Source: Heteronotia binoei (lineage: Eukaryota). Taken from it: a DNA stretch of 64,000 nucleotides. Made by a program: the position numbers and the translations under genes. Below the pieces are notes generated by a model that saw only the letters and a program-made list of their open reading frames with translations, did not search any database and was not told where the DNA came from. Below, piece after piece: positions 26,001 to 39,074 of the stretch. Where the stretch lies: NCBI RefSeq assembly GCF_032191835.1, contig NC_083237.1, forward strand, positions 18,910,001-18,974,000. The letters are read 5' to 3'. Numbering within the stretch: position 1 is the first letter of the stretch; each line of letters starts with the position of its first letter.

Positions 26001-29000
26001 GCTCTACCACTGAGCTACCGTTCCTCCCTAAATGAAGCAAGGAAGAGGGGTGGGACATGTAAAGGTGTCAAAACACCAAGGTCCAGGGAAANNNNNNNNN
26101 NNNNNNNNNNNNNNNNNNNNNNNNNNNNNNNNNNNNNNNNNNNNNNNNNNNNNNNNNNNNNNNNNNNNNNNNNNNNNNNNNNNNNNNNNNNNNNNNNNNN
26201 NNNNNNNNNNNNNNNNNNNNNNNNNNNNNNNNNNNNNNNNNNNNNNNNNNNNNNNNNNNNNNNNNNNNNNNNNNNNNNNNNNNNNNNNNNNNNNNNNNNN
26301 NNNNNNNNNNNNNNNNNNNNNNNNNNNNNNNNNNNNNNNNNNNNNNNNNNNNNNNNNNNNNNNNNNNNNNNNNNNNNNNNNNNNNNNNNNNNNNNNNNNN
26401 NNNNNNNNNNNNNNNNNNNNNNNNNNNNNNNNNNNNNNNNNNNNNNNNNNNNNNNNNNNNNNNNNNNNNNNNNNNNNNNNNNAGGTTGCCACCGAACGTT
26501 CCAGAGTCCTTTCAGATGGGTTAAACCAGCGTAGCAAAGTGGGTAAAGTGTTGGACTAGGATCTGGGAAACCCAGGATGGAATCCTTTTCCTGCCATGGG
26601 AGCTCACTGGGTGGCCTTGGGCCTGTCACACACACTCACAGCCTAGCCTCACCGGGTTGTTGTAATAAAACATAGGAGAGAACAATGAAAGCCGCTTTAG
26701 GTTTCCCAGGGGCACCAGGCCCCCTTTCCTTTCAGCTCACCGTGGCTCGATTGAGGTGCAGGTCAGGATTACACGAGGCCGTGGGGTCCACTTTCTCCTA
26801 CAGAAAGAAGACCAAGAGAAAGGTGTGAGCATTGCTTTCTCTACACCTCCTCCCGCAGGGCTTACAAATCCCACTGCTATCTTGGGAGCCTGGGTGAGTC
26901 AAAACCACAATTTTATGCAGAAAAGAGCCCTTCCCACCACCGCCCTTAATCCCTCTGCGAGAGCAGCTCTTTCCACCCAAGTTTCTGACGTCACACAGAG
27001 AGGCCCAACCGAGCCCACCGCCCCTTCCTCCCCAGACTGCAGCTTCTTCCAGAGCCCCTTCCAGCACCTACTGCTTGAGCGTAGGCACTCAGTGCCTGCT
27101 GAGAGATCTTGGGATTCTGTCCTGAGTTGAAGAACAAAGAGAGGTAGGCGTTGCCCAGGACATCTGTGGAAAGACAGAGAATGGGAATTACTGAGAACAC
27201 CGCCATCCCCTTCCTTCCCAGAGCCTCTCACCCTCAGGGAGTGGCTAAAAAGAGCACGGCAGACTCACACCAGGAGCGGCCATCACGCACGTCCATCTGC
27301 ACGGCCAGCTTGGCCTGCCGCACGCTATCCATGACGTTCTGCGCGTGCTCGTCGGCGGAGGTGGTGCGCAGCTGCCGTAGCACCATAGAGAGGTTCTGCA
27401 AGGACACCTTGTTTTTGCACTACAGGAAAGGGGGCAGGCGGGAGAAGAGAGAACCAGGTTTGGCGGACGTTAGGACCCTCCGTGACAAGATCTATGCATA
27501 GGCCAAAATCTCACCAAAACCACTAGCACAGCCCTGCCCATTTCCCAAAAAGTACTTTTATGGGGAGATGCCCTTCCACTGAAGTGCAATGGTATCTGTC
27601 TGATCCCCTACCGATGGAAATAACCTTTCGAAAAATTGAGAAGTACCACCAGATAGTCATTCAAACCAAAAACCCACCACCCTTCCTCTCACACGGAGGA
27701 ACTATGGGAGACTTACATGGCTCAGGGCTCCAGAGAAGCAGGTATGCGCAGCAGGGACGTCACCCTTTTTCCAGTAAACTTCCCCTAACTGATTCCAGGC
27801 CTCGACCAGCTCTGGGTCCAACTTGACCGCTTTGGAGAGCAGCTCTTCAGCTTGGGCGCTGTAATCTGGAGACGCATTCAGAGCTTTCCCTTTCAGCATC
27901 AGTGTGTGGGCTTGTCCCTGCTGCAGGCCTGGCCGAGGAAGGAAGGAAAAAAAACTATCTTTGCACTCCAGTTCAATGAACTCCACCCACCAGAGCACAG
28001 CAGGGCCCTCCTTAAAGGTGGTAGGAAAAGGAAAGGTCCCCTGTGCAAACACCAGTCGTCTCCGACTCTGGGGTGACGTTGCTTTCACAACGTTTTCATG
28101 GCAGACTTTTTATGGGGTGGTTTGCCATTGCCTTCCCCAGTCATCTACACTTTCCCCCCAGCAAGCTGAGTACTCATTTTACCGACCTCAGAAGGCTGAG
28201 TCAACCTCAAGCCAGCGACCTGAAAAGCCAGCTTCCACCTGGGATCTAACTCAGGTCATGAGCATCTCTAAAGGTGGTAAGCAGTTGTTAATTCTTACAC
28301 ACAGCACATGCCCCCTACAACACATTCAGGCATTTTCCTCATGTGCGTGCATGTTAAATGGACAGCTGAGGCTATTTAGCAGAGTACCCCAAATGGTAGA
28401 AAATCCTCAGAACTGGGAATCTGTAAAAAGTAATGCAGAGGAATCACACACAACATTCCATTATGCACTCCAAAGCTTTAACTGGAATAAGGGATATTTT
28501 AAAACTAAGAACAAGAGATAAAAAGATGGCAATGCAGGCCTCAGCTCACACTTTGTTGGTCCACAAGCTATGGCAGATCCTGCTGAAACAACCAGGCAAG
28601 TCCACTCTTAACAAACAACAAAGTTCGGTCTTAACAAACAACCAGGCAAGTCTGCTCCATATTCCACACAATATTCCTTGGGAGGGGCAACAGTGGGAGG
28701 ACTTCTAGTGTCCTGGCCCCACTGATGGACCTCCTGATGGCACCTGGGTTTTTTGGCCACTGTGTGACGCAGAGCGTTGGACTGGGTGGGCCATTGGCCT
28801 GACCCAACATGGCTTCTCTTATGCTCTTAATACAAGAAACTGAGAAGAAAACAGTATTTTAAGCATGTGGAGACTTTTGCAAGGGTGAAGACTCTGTGGA
28901 GCCCAGCATCAGAGGAGTTGTGGCTCAGTAGGTGTGCATCTGCTTGGCATGCAGAAGGTCCCAGGTTCAATCCCAGCATCTCCAGTTAAAGTATCAGGTG

Positions 29001-32000
29001 GCAAGCGATGTGAAAGACCTCTGCCTAATACCCTGTGAAGCCACTGCCAATCTGAACGGATGGCACTGAGCTTGATGTGCCAAGGGTATGGTTCAGTATA
29101 AGGCAGCTTCGTGTGTTCAGGTGTGAGTCTGCAGGGAATGCCTTTGGTGGGGAGACTGGAATGAGCCTGCTTGGTCAGGCCCTGAAGGGTCCCAGGAGCT
29201 GCAACTCCCCAGGCCACCTTTCACATTGTTACTGGTCACTCTGTACATCATCAAACACAACACAACATTTGTCCAACTTGTATTTTTTTTTTAAGTACAA
29301 CAACATTCAGAAAAGCATGATTTGTGACTCCTTGCAAAAAAAAAAATTAAGCCCTGTCCAAGGGGGTTTTTTTGTAGAAGCTCCTTTGCATAGTAGACTA
29401 CCCGCCCCCTGATGTAGCCAATACTCCTGGAGCTTACAGTAGGCCCTCTACTAAGAGTCCTGTAAGGTCTTGGAGGATTGGCTACATCAGGGGTGTGTGG
29501 CTTAATATATCAAAGGTGTTCCTGCTACAAAAACAGAAACCTGTCCCTGTCCCTGTCCCACAGGAAGTTCAACGTCTGAAAGGGTCCGATATTATCACCA
29601 TGGTTAACTTTAATGGATAACAAAGAAAGAAACATATTGGACGGTTCAGAGGAAGCCATGAGACATATTTAGGCAAAGTGAGAGAAAAAGAGGCTGGATA
29701 GAACACAAAAAAGGAGTTAAAAGTTTTCATGGGAATTACCTTCTATTGTTTCCATCGCCTTCAGAGTCTTCTCCATCTCCTCCCGCACATCCTGCTGCTT
29801 TTTCCCAGCATCCTCTACACTGTGGCTCTCAAAGTAATGGTCTCGGAAATGGTACAGCTGGTCAACTAGCTCCTATCAGAAAGTTGCCCAAACAAGACAT
29901 CTTACCATTAGAGAATTCCAGATGTTAATATCTTGCTCTAACCCTGACCCGGATGGTCCAGACTGGCCCATTCTCATGAGATTTTAGAAGCTAAGGAGGT
30001 TCAGCCCTGGTGAACCCTGGATCAGAGACCACCAAGGAAGTGCAGGGTTGCTATGAAGAAGCAGGCAATGGCAAGCCATCTCTAAAGGTCTCTTGCCTTG
30101 GAAACCAAACAGGGCAGGTATAAGCTGGCTGCCACTTGGCAGTGGTCTCCACCATCAACATCTTGCCTAGTCTACCCCCTGCATCTTGTGACTGTATCTG
30201 CTTCACATTTAACCTTCCACCAGATCAGGGGTGGCCAAACTGCAGCTCAGGAGCCACATGTGGCTCTTTCACACATATTGTGTGGCTCCTGCAGCCTCCA
30301 CCGCCCCATCAGCCGGCTTGGAGAAGACATTTTATATCACTTCTCCAAACCAAGCCAGTTGGCGACTTGGAGAATGCATTTAAAATTGCGTTTTTTTCCA
30401 CCTCTCCCTCCATCCTCCCTCCCTTCATCTATTTTCCCTTCCTGCTCTCAAACATATGATGTTTATTTTACGTGGCTCTTACATTAAGCAAGTTTGGCCA
30501 CCCCTGCACTAGATGTTATGTTTTGCCAACATTTAGGAGTCTCACACCCTCTCCAAATGAAATGATTACTTTTTACATTGCATCTTGCTTTGAACCAGCT
30601 TCCACCCCCACCTTTCTGTTGTGTATATATACCAGCCTGTTAGATGTACACTTCACATTCCTGATGAAGTGAGCTCTAATGCACCAAAGCTTATGCCAGA
30701 ACGAATTTTGCTAGTCTCCAAAGTGCCACCCGATTCCTGTTTTACTTATGAGATAATGTCAACCACATCTTGTCAATACACCTGTTCACTGGCATGAAAA
30801 GTTAACATACTCCATTCTTTTGGAAAGAAGATTGTAGCCAGGGGTATAAACTCTAGAGTCAGATCACTATCTAGCTATTTAGAGCAGGGGTGGGGAACCT
30901 CTGTCCTGAGGGGCGTATACGGTCCTCAAGGTCACTTGATGTGGCCCTCGGGGATTGCTGGATCGAACTGAGTTATGTGGCAGCCTCCCTGGGGCCTGGC
31001 TGGCCGGCCAGAATTGCTGCAGGGCCTGGAAAAGTTACTGTCACAGTTCAGTTTGCACTTGATTATCCCAGATGGTGAGACCTAATATGCTAATATTAGG
31101 GGATGTGGTCTAATATGCTATTGAGTTCCTGCTGGGGTTTTTTTCTACAAAAAAGCCTTGGACCTACGCATTTGCCTAGGGGGGCAGGCCAGGTGTGTGT
31201 GTGTGTGTGCACCAGATCAGGCTCTCCCCACATGACTTCAAATAGAAAAACAATTATTTGCATTAATTTTGCTGGCCTGAATCATTCTCCTTCGGCAGAG
31301 TACTGTTTTTTAAGTTGATAATTTTTTATGGCCCGCGAATGATGCTATAGATATCCATATGGCCCTTGGCAGAAAAAAGGTTCCCCACCCCTGGTATAGT
31401 GACTCTCAATGATATTTGAGATAAATCAGACTTAGAAAAATTTTAAAAGGAACTAAGAAGGTACATGATAGTGTAAATAAAACTGTGCCATGCACAGAAA
31501 GTAGAAGTAGGTATCTTTTCCCCCTTCCTTTCCATTAACACCATAACTTGGAGTCACTCACTAAAAGTGTACTTCTTCATACAATATATGACTTATGGAC
31601 TTCACTGTCCATAAGCAATTAACTGACTGCATTTACTGCCATTCTCACCATCAATCTCCAATTCTGACATGTTTATTACCTTTTTGCTGTTTTCCCACAC
31701 AACTTATACTATCCAGACCAAACTGCTATTCTTTCCGTTTGTTAATTTCACTATTTTGTCATTGGATTCTAACTTTGTAGAATTTGGCAAGCTTAACCCT
31801 ACTCACAAGCTATATTTAGCACTGCTAACTGCACCCCATTTCATTGTGTGATGAAGTGCGCTTCTAGCACACGCAAGCTTACATTCTCAACAAAACTTTT
31901 GGTCTTGAAGGTGCTACTGGACCAACTTTGTTCTATGGCTTCAGACCAACACAGCTGCCCACCTGGATCTATTCATCGTCCCATAGCACAGATGACCTTA

Positions 32001-33036
32001 AAGCAGGACTAGAAAAATCCATAGAGGACAGGACAATCAGAGGCTATTGACAGGATCTACCCTAATCAGAGATACTGCTAACTAGCTACCAAGCAGGGGG
32101 AAGCTATGACCTTCTCTTGGGGCTTCCTGAAAGCAATGACTGGCCACAATATGAAACAAATTGCTGCCCTCCATTTATTTATTTACATCATTTATACTAC
32201 AACTTTCTTCCCTGTCAAGACCCAAGGCAGCCTATATCTTCACAGCAACCCTCTTAGGTAGGTTAGGCTCAGAGTCAGCAACTGGCTCAAGGTCGCTCAT
32301 GCGCCATTCCTATAATTCAAGGGGGCTTTTCTTGTCCTCTTAATGAGGCACCCCAATTGATATGGTCAGGGCAGGCTAGTGGTACCCAGTTATAGGGAAA
32401 GCCAGGGATAAGAGAAGCTCTGAAATGTGCTAAGTAAAAGGGAGCACCTGAGCATGTGTGCGGTGCTTTTTTGTCGCTATTCAACAGCTTGTCGAACAAC
32501 TGCACCTGGAATAAGCCACCCCAGGGCTGCATTGTTCAAAAGGCTGGCCTGAACCACAGCAGCCTGCAGACGGCTCCGAATCACACACTGCACAGTGCGG
32601 AAGGAGATCTTCACGTACTACCCCGGCTCGAAACCCAGCTTTACTCCTCGTTCTCAGTGAACTGCTTCACAAGGGGCCGCGTTGCCACAACTAGTAGTCA
32701 GGCGCGAGGGTATCTTCACCCCGCAAATGCCCCTTCTGTCCCTTTACTACTTCCACACGCCCCTCCTCCATTGCATTGGGAGCCAACAAAGCAAAAAGCA
32801 CTGAGTAAAGCAGGAAGCTGGCGAAGAAGGCTAAAGGAGCAGCCCACTCCTCCCCCGTGGTTCAACGTCCCTATCTTTGCGCGTGTGAATGCCGAAACAA
32901 CCAGTCACAGGGCAAAACACAAGCCCAGCTTGCTGCAGTTTCTCGTTGCGGGGTTAATTTCGATGGGGAGAACTTTGGCTCGCCGTACCTGTAGGCTTTG
33001 CCGAGCCTGCGGGTTATCTTCTTCTTCCTCGGCCAT
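22881..33036 (-). CDS. TTC5: Tetratricopeptide repeat protein 5 (STRAP); 10 coding exons; exon 7 carries a +1 frameshift as assembled
   Basis: Exons 32989-33036, 29740-29872, 27717-27928, 27269-27419, 27072-27163, 26741-26797, 25584-25731, 25262-25476, 24129-24276, 22881-23000. All GT-AG with compatible phases; translation matches TTC5 throughout ([49 protein letters not shown]). Total 1324 nt = 441 codons + 1. Confidence 0.96.
23325..23495. mobile_element. hAT MITE (CAGTGTTCCCTCTAAGC TIR) inserted into a SINE
   Basis: 8-bp TSD CTCACAGG at 23317-23324 and 23496-23503. Relatives at about 2732-2925, 14760-14974, 18392-18588, 18761-18954, 50361-50540. Confidence 0.85.
24129..24276 (-). CDS. TTC5: TTC5 exon 9
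   Basis: [49 protein letters not shown]; 148 nt, phase 2 to phase 0. Confidence 0.95.
25262..25476 (-). CDS. TTC5: TTC5 exon 8
   Basis: [17 protein letters not shown]...[10 protein letters not shown]; 215 nt; donor GTGAGT. Confidence 0.95.
25584..25731 (-). CDS. TTC5: TTC5 exon 7 (148 nt, one base too long)
   Basis: [31 protein letters not shown], then a frame change to [16 protein letters not shown]. Confidence 0.92.
25820..26025 (-). mobile_element. tRNA-derived SINE, Squam2-like
   Basis: tRNA-like head GCTCAGTGGTAGAGCATCTGC...GGTTCAATTCC with a non-tRNA body. Copies at about 11790-11935, 23640-23845, 28910-29125, 60605-60815. Confidence 0.7.
26092..26482. other. Assembly gap (391 N) in TTC5 intron 6
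   Basis: Run of N. Confidence 1.
26741..26797 (-). CDS. TTC5: TTC5 exon 6
   Basis: [19 protein letters not shown]; 57 nt; donor GTGAGC. Confidence 0.95.
27072..27163 (-). CDS. TTC5: TTC5 exon 5
   Basis: [31 protein letters not shown]; 92 nt. Confidence 0.95.
27269..27419 (-). CDS. TTC5: TTC5 exon 4
   Basis: [17 protein letters not shown]...DVRDGRSW; 151 nt; donor GTGAGT. Confidence 0.95.
27717..27928 (-). CDS. TTC5: TTC5 exon 3
   Basis: [18 protein letters not shown]...CFSGALSH; 212 nt; donor GTAAGT. Confidence 0.95.
28025..28262 (-). mobile_element. Sauria SINE
   Basis: GGTTGACTCAGCC...GGTAAAATGAGTAC...GGCAATGGCAAACCACCCC...ACCTTTCC tail. Confidence 0.8.
29740..29872 (-). CDS. TTC5: TTC5 exon 2
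   Basis: [44 protein letters not shown]; 133 nt, AG/GT flanks. Confidence 0.95.
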
Positions 33037-33250
33037 GATTTTTGCCCACCCTCCTCCTCTTCCTGAGATTTCCTTCCCTGCAACCAGAGACCCGACGCAC
33101 CTGCGAGGACATCTAAAGGCCAGGAGGACACACTACGCCTCTGTCTCAGGAAGAGATCATCATAATGGAGTAGTAGTACTTTGAGGCAGCGAGAAAAGTT
33201 CGCTGAGCTCTCCACTCAGGTAGTTTCCCCCACCTTCCATGACATTTTTA
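32550..33250 (-). promoter_or_regulatory. CpG-rich TTC5 promoter / first exon region
   Basis: Marked local CpG enrichment around exon 1 in an otherwise CpG-depleted sequence. Confidence 0.7.
32989..33036 (-). CDS. TTC5: TTC5 exon 1 ([16 protein letters not shown])
   Basis: ATG at 33036, donor CAG|GTACGG, inside a CpG-rich region. Confidence 0.9.
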
Positions 33251-34603
33251 AAAAATAAAGCAATATTCTGACACCTAAGGTCTGCTGCAAAACAAACACA
33301 AAGAAGCTGGTTTTCTCTGTTAAGGAAAAGCATTCTGTACATGCCCTGAGGCTTTGTTTTCGGAAGTCTGTTTTTGACAGCAGAGCCAGCCTCGCTAGAA
33401 TTTTTGCAGTCAATTGCTGGTAATCCTAAATAAATATATCTGATTCTAAATGTGGCCAAATCTGTGGATACTTTAAATACCAAGACTGGAATGATGAACA
33501 GTGAAGACAGACAGAAGTTGAAAAAATATATTAGGGGGTTAAAAGCACCCCAAGTAATAGTAGTTCATGTAGATTTAAGAAACAAATGCCCTCTCAGTGG
33601 CCATTGTGGAGTTGCTAGGCAACCCCAACAGTATTGCCAGCCTTCAAGCCCAAGTTTCTGTTACTAAAAAGCAGGGGGAAAGCCTTTGAAGGAGAACACA
33701 TTAGGGCTAGGCCAGGCAGCAATCACTGGATGACCTGATAGATACCATGCCACTTGCATGATTCACCCAGGTTTGGCTAATTGCTACTGTTCAACAGCCA
33801 TGAAAGCTTGCTGGATGTCCACAAGCCAGTTACACCGTTTCAGTCTAACTCACCCCATGGGGTTTTTGTAAGGATAAAACGGGGAAGAAAATGGTGTAAG
33901 GTGAATGTAAGTGACTCCCAAATTCCTTACCTTTCCCTGCTTCTTTCTCTCCTTCCTACCTATCAATTAACCTACACCTTTTATCTGCCCCCCAATCTTC
34001 AGCTATATTTAGGACTTTTTTTGAGCAGGAACGCAGTTCCGGCTGGCTTGGTGTCAGGGGTGTGGCCTAATATGCAAATATCTTCCTGTTGGGCTTTTTC
34101 TACAAAAAAGCTGTGTGAAGCAATGGTGATGTCAGGTGGTGTGGCCTAATATACAAATGAGTTCCTGCTGGGCTTTTTCTACAAAAAAAGCCCTGGCTAT
34201 ATTTATTCATTTTACCCACATTTCTCCACAATGGGGCTATGCTGAGAATTAGATATACTGATATATAAATACATATTGCAACATTAAAAGACAGGAATGA
34301 TAATTTTGTTCACTGCAGTGAATAGGGTTAAAAAAATTAATTAATTGAACAGTCAGCATAGGGTGGTGTAATGTTTAAAAGCAGCAACTGTAGCAATGGG
34401 AGTCTTGGAGAGAGAACTGAACATTTGGCAGTGGGAACAATAACAAAGGTGCCATCCTTTAACAATACCTTCCCTATTTTCAGCAGTTCAGTAATGGAAG
34501 AATGCCATCTCCCCAAATAAGCTCACATTGTCTTCTCTCCAGAGACAAATCCCTGTTACTCCATCAGGCAGACAGAGTTCTACAGGTTGCTTCCACAGCA
34601 GCA

Positions 34604-34609
34604 TTTATT
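34604..34609 (-). terminator. Candidate CCNB1IP1 polyadenylation signal
   Basis: AATAAA on the minus strand about 0.8 kb after the stop. Confidence 0.35.
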
Positions 34610-35421
34610 TATCGACTGAATTCTCCACAAAGTTCTCAAAGGATTTCTGTCCTTATTTCAATTGTGTGTCTTTGTTGATTTGAAATATAGGCCACTTTGC
34701 AAACCCATCTACCTGGAAAATGGGATGTAAATATAAGAGATAAAGCAGAAGATGGAAGAGCTGACAAAATATAGCCCAGTAGCAAAAACAAGAATACAGT
34801 GGTGCATACCCAAGGAAATGTATTCACAAAGATCAAAGTCAACATATAGGCAAATAAAAACATTTCCCCCTGCACACCTGTACCTACAAGTGATAAACAA
34901 AACAATGCAATCTTGAGAACATTTTTATGCACATAATCAGAGGAAAACACATCCCTATGACATGCATCAAAGAGCATTCAAAGCAACAATCAAAATGAAA
35001 GGAAATATTACAATATACTACAGATACAACCATCATGTGTTGTAATAACAACTTGCAATATAACAGGATACAAAAAAGCCCTGATACTTGATTCTTAACA
35101 CATTTCATTTTTAAATACAATGAGATTAAGATCATAGCCAGAGCAAGAAAGATAGGCTGATGTTGTTGTGTCCATGTGGAGAGAGAGAGCTGTCATGAAC
35201 AGAATTGGGTTGCGGCTGATTATTCATTCTTTCAGTTCTTCTTGCAGAACCCCTTGTTTTGATGTTTTCTATGGTGCAATTTGGGGAGTTATAAATTAGC
35301 ACCCACTGGATTTCTCTTAGGTCTGGGCTGCAAATTTTTGTGAAACTCTCAGCTCTATTAAAATAGCTTCTTGTCCATTGTCTTCAGAAAGGTCTAATGA
35401 AGTGTCAATATGAATTCTAGA

Positions 35422-35621
35422 CTACATTCTCTTAATTTTATAGGCTCTGTTGCCTCCGTGGCACTGGTCCAGATCATTGCCAGGTGAAGCAAAAGAAAAG
35501 AAGCAGTTGCCAGACTCGCCCACTGGTGGAGAGGAAGCAAAGAAGGGTTTGAAATGGAAGTCCCCTTCACCATGCTGGCCCTGGTGAGGTGTTGTATCCC
35601 CAGAGAACCTGGCAGCATTTC
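35422..35621 (-). CDS. CCNB1IP1: CCNB1IP1 last coding exon
   Basis: GNAARFSGDTTP...NRAYKIKRM*; acceptor gtcgtag. Confidence 0.93.
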
Positions 35622-38600
35622 CTACGACATGCAAGAGAGAGAGAGATTAATCTTGGGGGGCAGAGAGAATTAAGCTGCAATCCTATACACATTTCTGGCA
35701 GTAAGCCCTGAATAATATAGGAATTACTTCTGAGTAGCCCTGTTAAGGATAGATCCCTTGATCTACAAAGCATTATTAGTTATACTAATATGTTAACACA
35801 CATAATATTATGCATCTAAAAGTGTGCCTGCATGTGATATTTTTAATATCAGCTAGAGAGAATCATCCAGGGCTAAGGCACAGGTTTTTGCAAACCTGAG
35901 GAAACCCCAAAGTTTCAGAAAAATGCAACTTTTTAATATTGTGGGACTAAAAGCCACCAAAATAGTAACAGTACCATCTGCACATGCAGATAGGTCATTT
36001 AAAAAAAATGCATTGTGTGGGGACACAAACCAGCACTCAATAATTCTGCAAAAGAAAGAGGCAAACGACAGGGAGCAGAAGTGGGGAAAGAACAGGGATG
36101 GAGAAGCCACATTTGCTGCAGTAGGAGGAAGCCAATGAAGGGATGGGTGAGAGTGGCAGGAGAGAAAAGACTGGGCAGGGTAGCTGGACCAGAGGACAGG
36201 AAGGAAGAAAGAAAGGTTAGGTGAAGGGGGTTATGGAAGTACAGGGAGACAAGAAGCAGAGGCAGTTAAAAGGAGGCACTTTCAGACTTCACTGTGTGGA
36301 AAAGCTTATTACATTTTAGCGCAACACCTTGTAACTGACTATGACAGAACACTTCAGCTCCCAAACTAGGGTTGCCAATCCCCAGGTGGGGGCAGGGGAT
36401 CCCCCGGTTTAGAGGCCGTCCCCCCGCTTTGGGGTCGTCAGAAGCGGGAGGGGAGGGAAAGGTCTGCTGGGAACTCTTGTTATTCCCTATGGAGATTTAT
36501 TCCCATAGAAAATCATGGAGAATTGATCCGCGGGTATCTGGGGCTCTGGAGGGGGCTGTCCTTTTGGGTAGAGGCACCAAATTTTCCGTATAGCATCTAG
36601 TGCCTCTTCCCAAAATATCCCCCAAGTTTCAAAAAGATTGGACCAGGGGGTCCAATTCTATGAGCCCCAAAAGAAGGTGCCCCTATCCTTCATTATTTCC
36701 TATGGAAGGAATTGAAAAGGTGTGCCGTCCCTTTAAATGTGATGGCCAGAACTCCCTTTGGAGTTCAATTATGCTTGTCACAGCCTTGATCTTAGCTCCA
36801 CCCCTAATGTCTCCTGACTCCACCCCCAAAGTCTCCTGGCTCCACCCCCAAAGACCCCAGATATTTCTTGAATTGGACTTGGCAACCCTATCCCAAACTG
36901 TGAAGCCACAATCCTTACCCAAAGGGAAACCAAAGACAGCTGGCTGAGGCATCATAGGAGGCTCATGAGCTGCCTCCTGACTGGCTACAGCAATATTACG
37001 CAAGCGTAGACTGTCATAGAGGCCCTGAAGTTTCTGATATTGACGGTTGCGCTCCATGAGTTTCTCAGAAAGTTCCGTGAATTTCTTTTTGTATTCCTCC
37101 AGCACTTTCTTCAAGGAGGAAACCTCACTCTTCATAGATGTCAGCTCCACATCCTTGCTTTGGAGTTGCTGGGTGTAAACTTTTTCCATCTGTTTCAGGT
37201 GGCCCTCAGCCTTGCTGTAGGTGTATTCTTGGTACAACCTTTCTTGATGAACCTGCCACGACAGAAGCAAAAGCAGGGATCATAATGGTGTTCTTAAATT
37301 TTTGAATTCAGTCTTCAATTATTTCTGCTTTTTTCATTTTAAGAACATGTTTCTGAACATCGTAGCTGTAGAGAAGAAACAGTTGCACAACTATTACCTG
37401 TTCTTATTTTCACCATGAAAATATCAATGGTCCAAAATCCTGTTTCATACAGCAAGCAGCCAGTTGCTCTGGGGGATCAACAAACCAGGCATAGAAGCCA
37501 AGGCCTTCCCTTGATGTTTTTTTATTTATTTATTTTTATTTATCTAAGATTTATATCCCGCCCTTCCCACTAGGTGGCTCAGGGCGGCTTACAACATATA
37601 AACTAACATGAAATCTAAAATTAAACATTAAAATTAACATTTCATAATTTACAGTTAAAAATCTAAACAATTGTTATATACATACACATTTGTATGTATA
37701 TACAATGTATGTTGCATCCTCACACTGGTAGGTTTGTTACCTCTGGATCTGGAGGATCCCTTTAACCATGGCTGGTATTGGCAGTAACTTCCACAATTTA
37801 ATGCCACCGTGGCACAGAGTGTTAAAGCTACAGTACTGCAGTCCCTAAACTCCGCTCATGACCTGAGTTTGATCCTCAGTTGAAGCTGGGTTTTCAGGTA
37901 GCTGGCTCGAAGTTGACTCAGCCTTCCATCCTTCCGAGGTTGGTAAAATGAGTACCCAGCTTGCTGGGGGGAAAGCGTAGATGACTGGGGAAGGCAATGG
38001 CAAACCACCCCATAAAAAGTCTGCTGTGAAAACGTTGTGAAAGCAACGTCACTCCAAAGTCGGAAACAACTGGTGCTTGTATAGGGGACCTTTCCTTTCC
38101 CTATTCCCCATCCCTTACTGATTTGTTCATAGTACACATTTGTAGATTTAAAACATTTGTAGATTTAAAAAATTTCTATATCTGCTACATTTGAAGCCAT
38201 AAAGGATGAGCATAGATGAAAACTGATGTTGATAATTGCAGTAAAATTTGCTGTGCAGCCTAGAGGAAAAAAATCTGGTTTCCAGTGGTCCAATTTGAGA
38301 TATCAAGATCTTGGTCTGGGTTTGTGAAAACGGGTTTGTGGAAATGAATAATATGTACATTCGGATTTTGTGGCAAAAATAAATATTTCCCGAGCTTATT
38401 ACCAAAACAGGACTTTGCTTATGGGCTTGTTGGATTTCATAGAACAGAATAAGAGATGACTAAATATAATGGGTTGGATCTGAAGGTGTATTTCCGCACA
38501 TAGGCCTCCTCTACTCACCAAACAGCTAGAGCAAGATGAATAGCTGTGTTAGTCTGTTTGTATCAGTAGAAAAGAGCAAGCGTCCAGTAGCACTTTCAAT

Positions 38601-39074
38601 ATTAACAACATTTGTGGCAGGGGATAAGCTTTCGCAAGTCACTGCTCACTTCTTCAAAGAGCTATTTTATTTTTCACCCTACAGCATTATGTGAGAAAAC
38701 TGCAACCAAATCTAAAGAAGTTAAGAAAGAATCTTGTTGGCACCTCAAAAGCTAACAAAATTAACCAGTAACTTTACCTGGTATGTCCAGAAGGCCAGGG
38801 CCCTGGAGCTGATGTCTAGAATAATCTCTGGACGAAGTCCTGCGAGGACCATCGCTTTATATTCTTCAGAAGGGTTGAGTTCTGTCCGAACAATATCTAA
38901 CTTGCCGGACAGGGCACTGTTGCAAGCAGGGCAGACTGCCGGTGAACGGCTGAACTCCCCACTACCATGCTGGTCACAGAAGATATGGGAGCAGGCTGTG
39001 ACCCACGCATAGCCTGAAAGCTTGACTCTACATTTGCGGTAATTGCAAAGAAGCATATCTTCACAGACGGACAT
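35422..39074 (-). CDS. CCNB1IP1: E3 ubiquitin ligase CCNB1IP1 (HEI10), 276 aa, 3 coding exons
   Basis: Exons 38778-39074, 36919-37252, 35422-35621 (297+334+200 = 831 nt, open). RING domain CNYRKC...CSHIFC...CPAC, coiled coil, C-terminus FKPFF...KIKRM*; canonical splice sites. Confidence 0.97.
36367..36890. mobile_element. hAT non-autonomous element (TAGGGTTGCCA TIR)
   Basis: TIRs and 8-bp TSD TCCCAAAC. Confidence 0.85.
36919..37252 (-). CDS. CCNB1IP1: CCNB1IP1 second coding exon (coiled coil)
   Basis: VHQERLYQEY...AVFGFPL; donor G|GTAAGG. Confidence 0.96.
37803..38100 (+). mobile_element. Sauria SINE
   Basis: Full head-to-tail consensus match. Confidence 0.8.
38778..39074 (-). CDS. CCNB1IP1: CCNB1IP1 first coding exon (RING domain); exon acceptor at 39143
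   Basis: MSVCEDMLLCNYRKC...AFWTYQ; donor CAG|GTAAAG. Confidence 0.96.

Noticed and set aside
25930-26010. tRNA-like sequence (also at about 11.9, 23.8, 28.9 and 60.8 kb)
   Set aside because: These are heads of a tRNA-derived SINE: they continue into the same non-tRNA body and lack a clean cloverleaf and Pol III terminator.
25875-26635. Long ORFs crossing 26092-26482 (and 9172-9801)
   Set aside because: Length is an artefact of N runs.
32456-33184. 242-aa plus-strand ORF antisense to TTC5 exon 1
   Set aside because: Stop-poor CpG-island sequence; no recognisable protein features.
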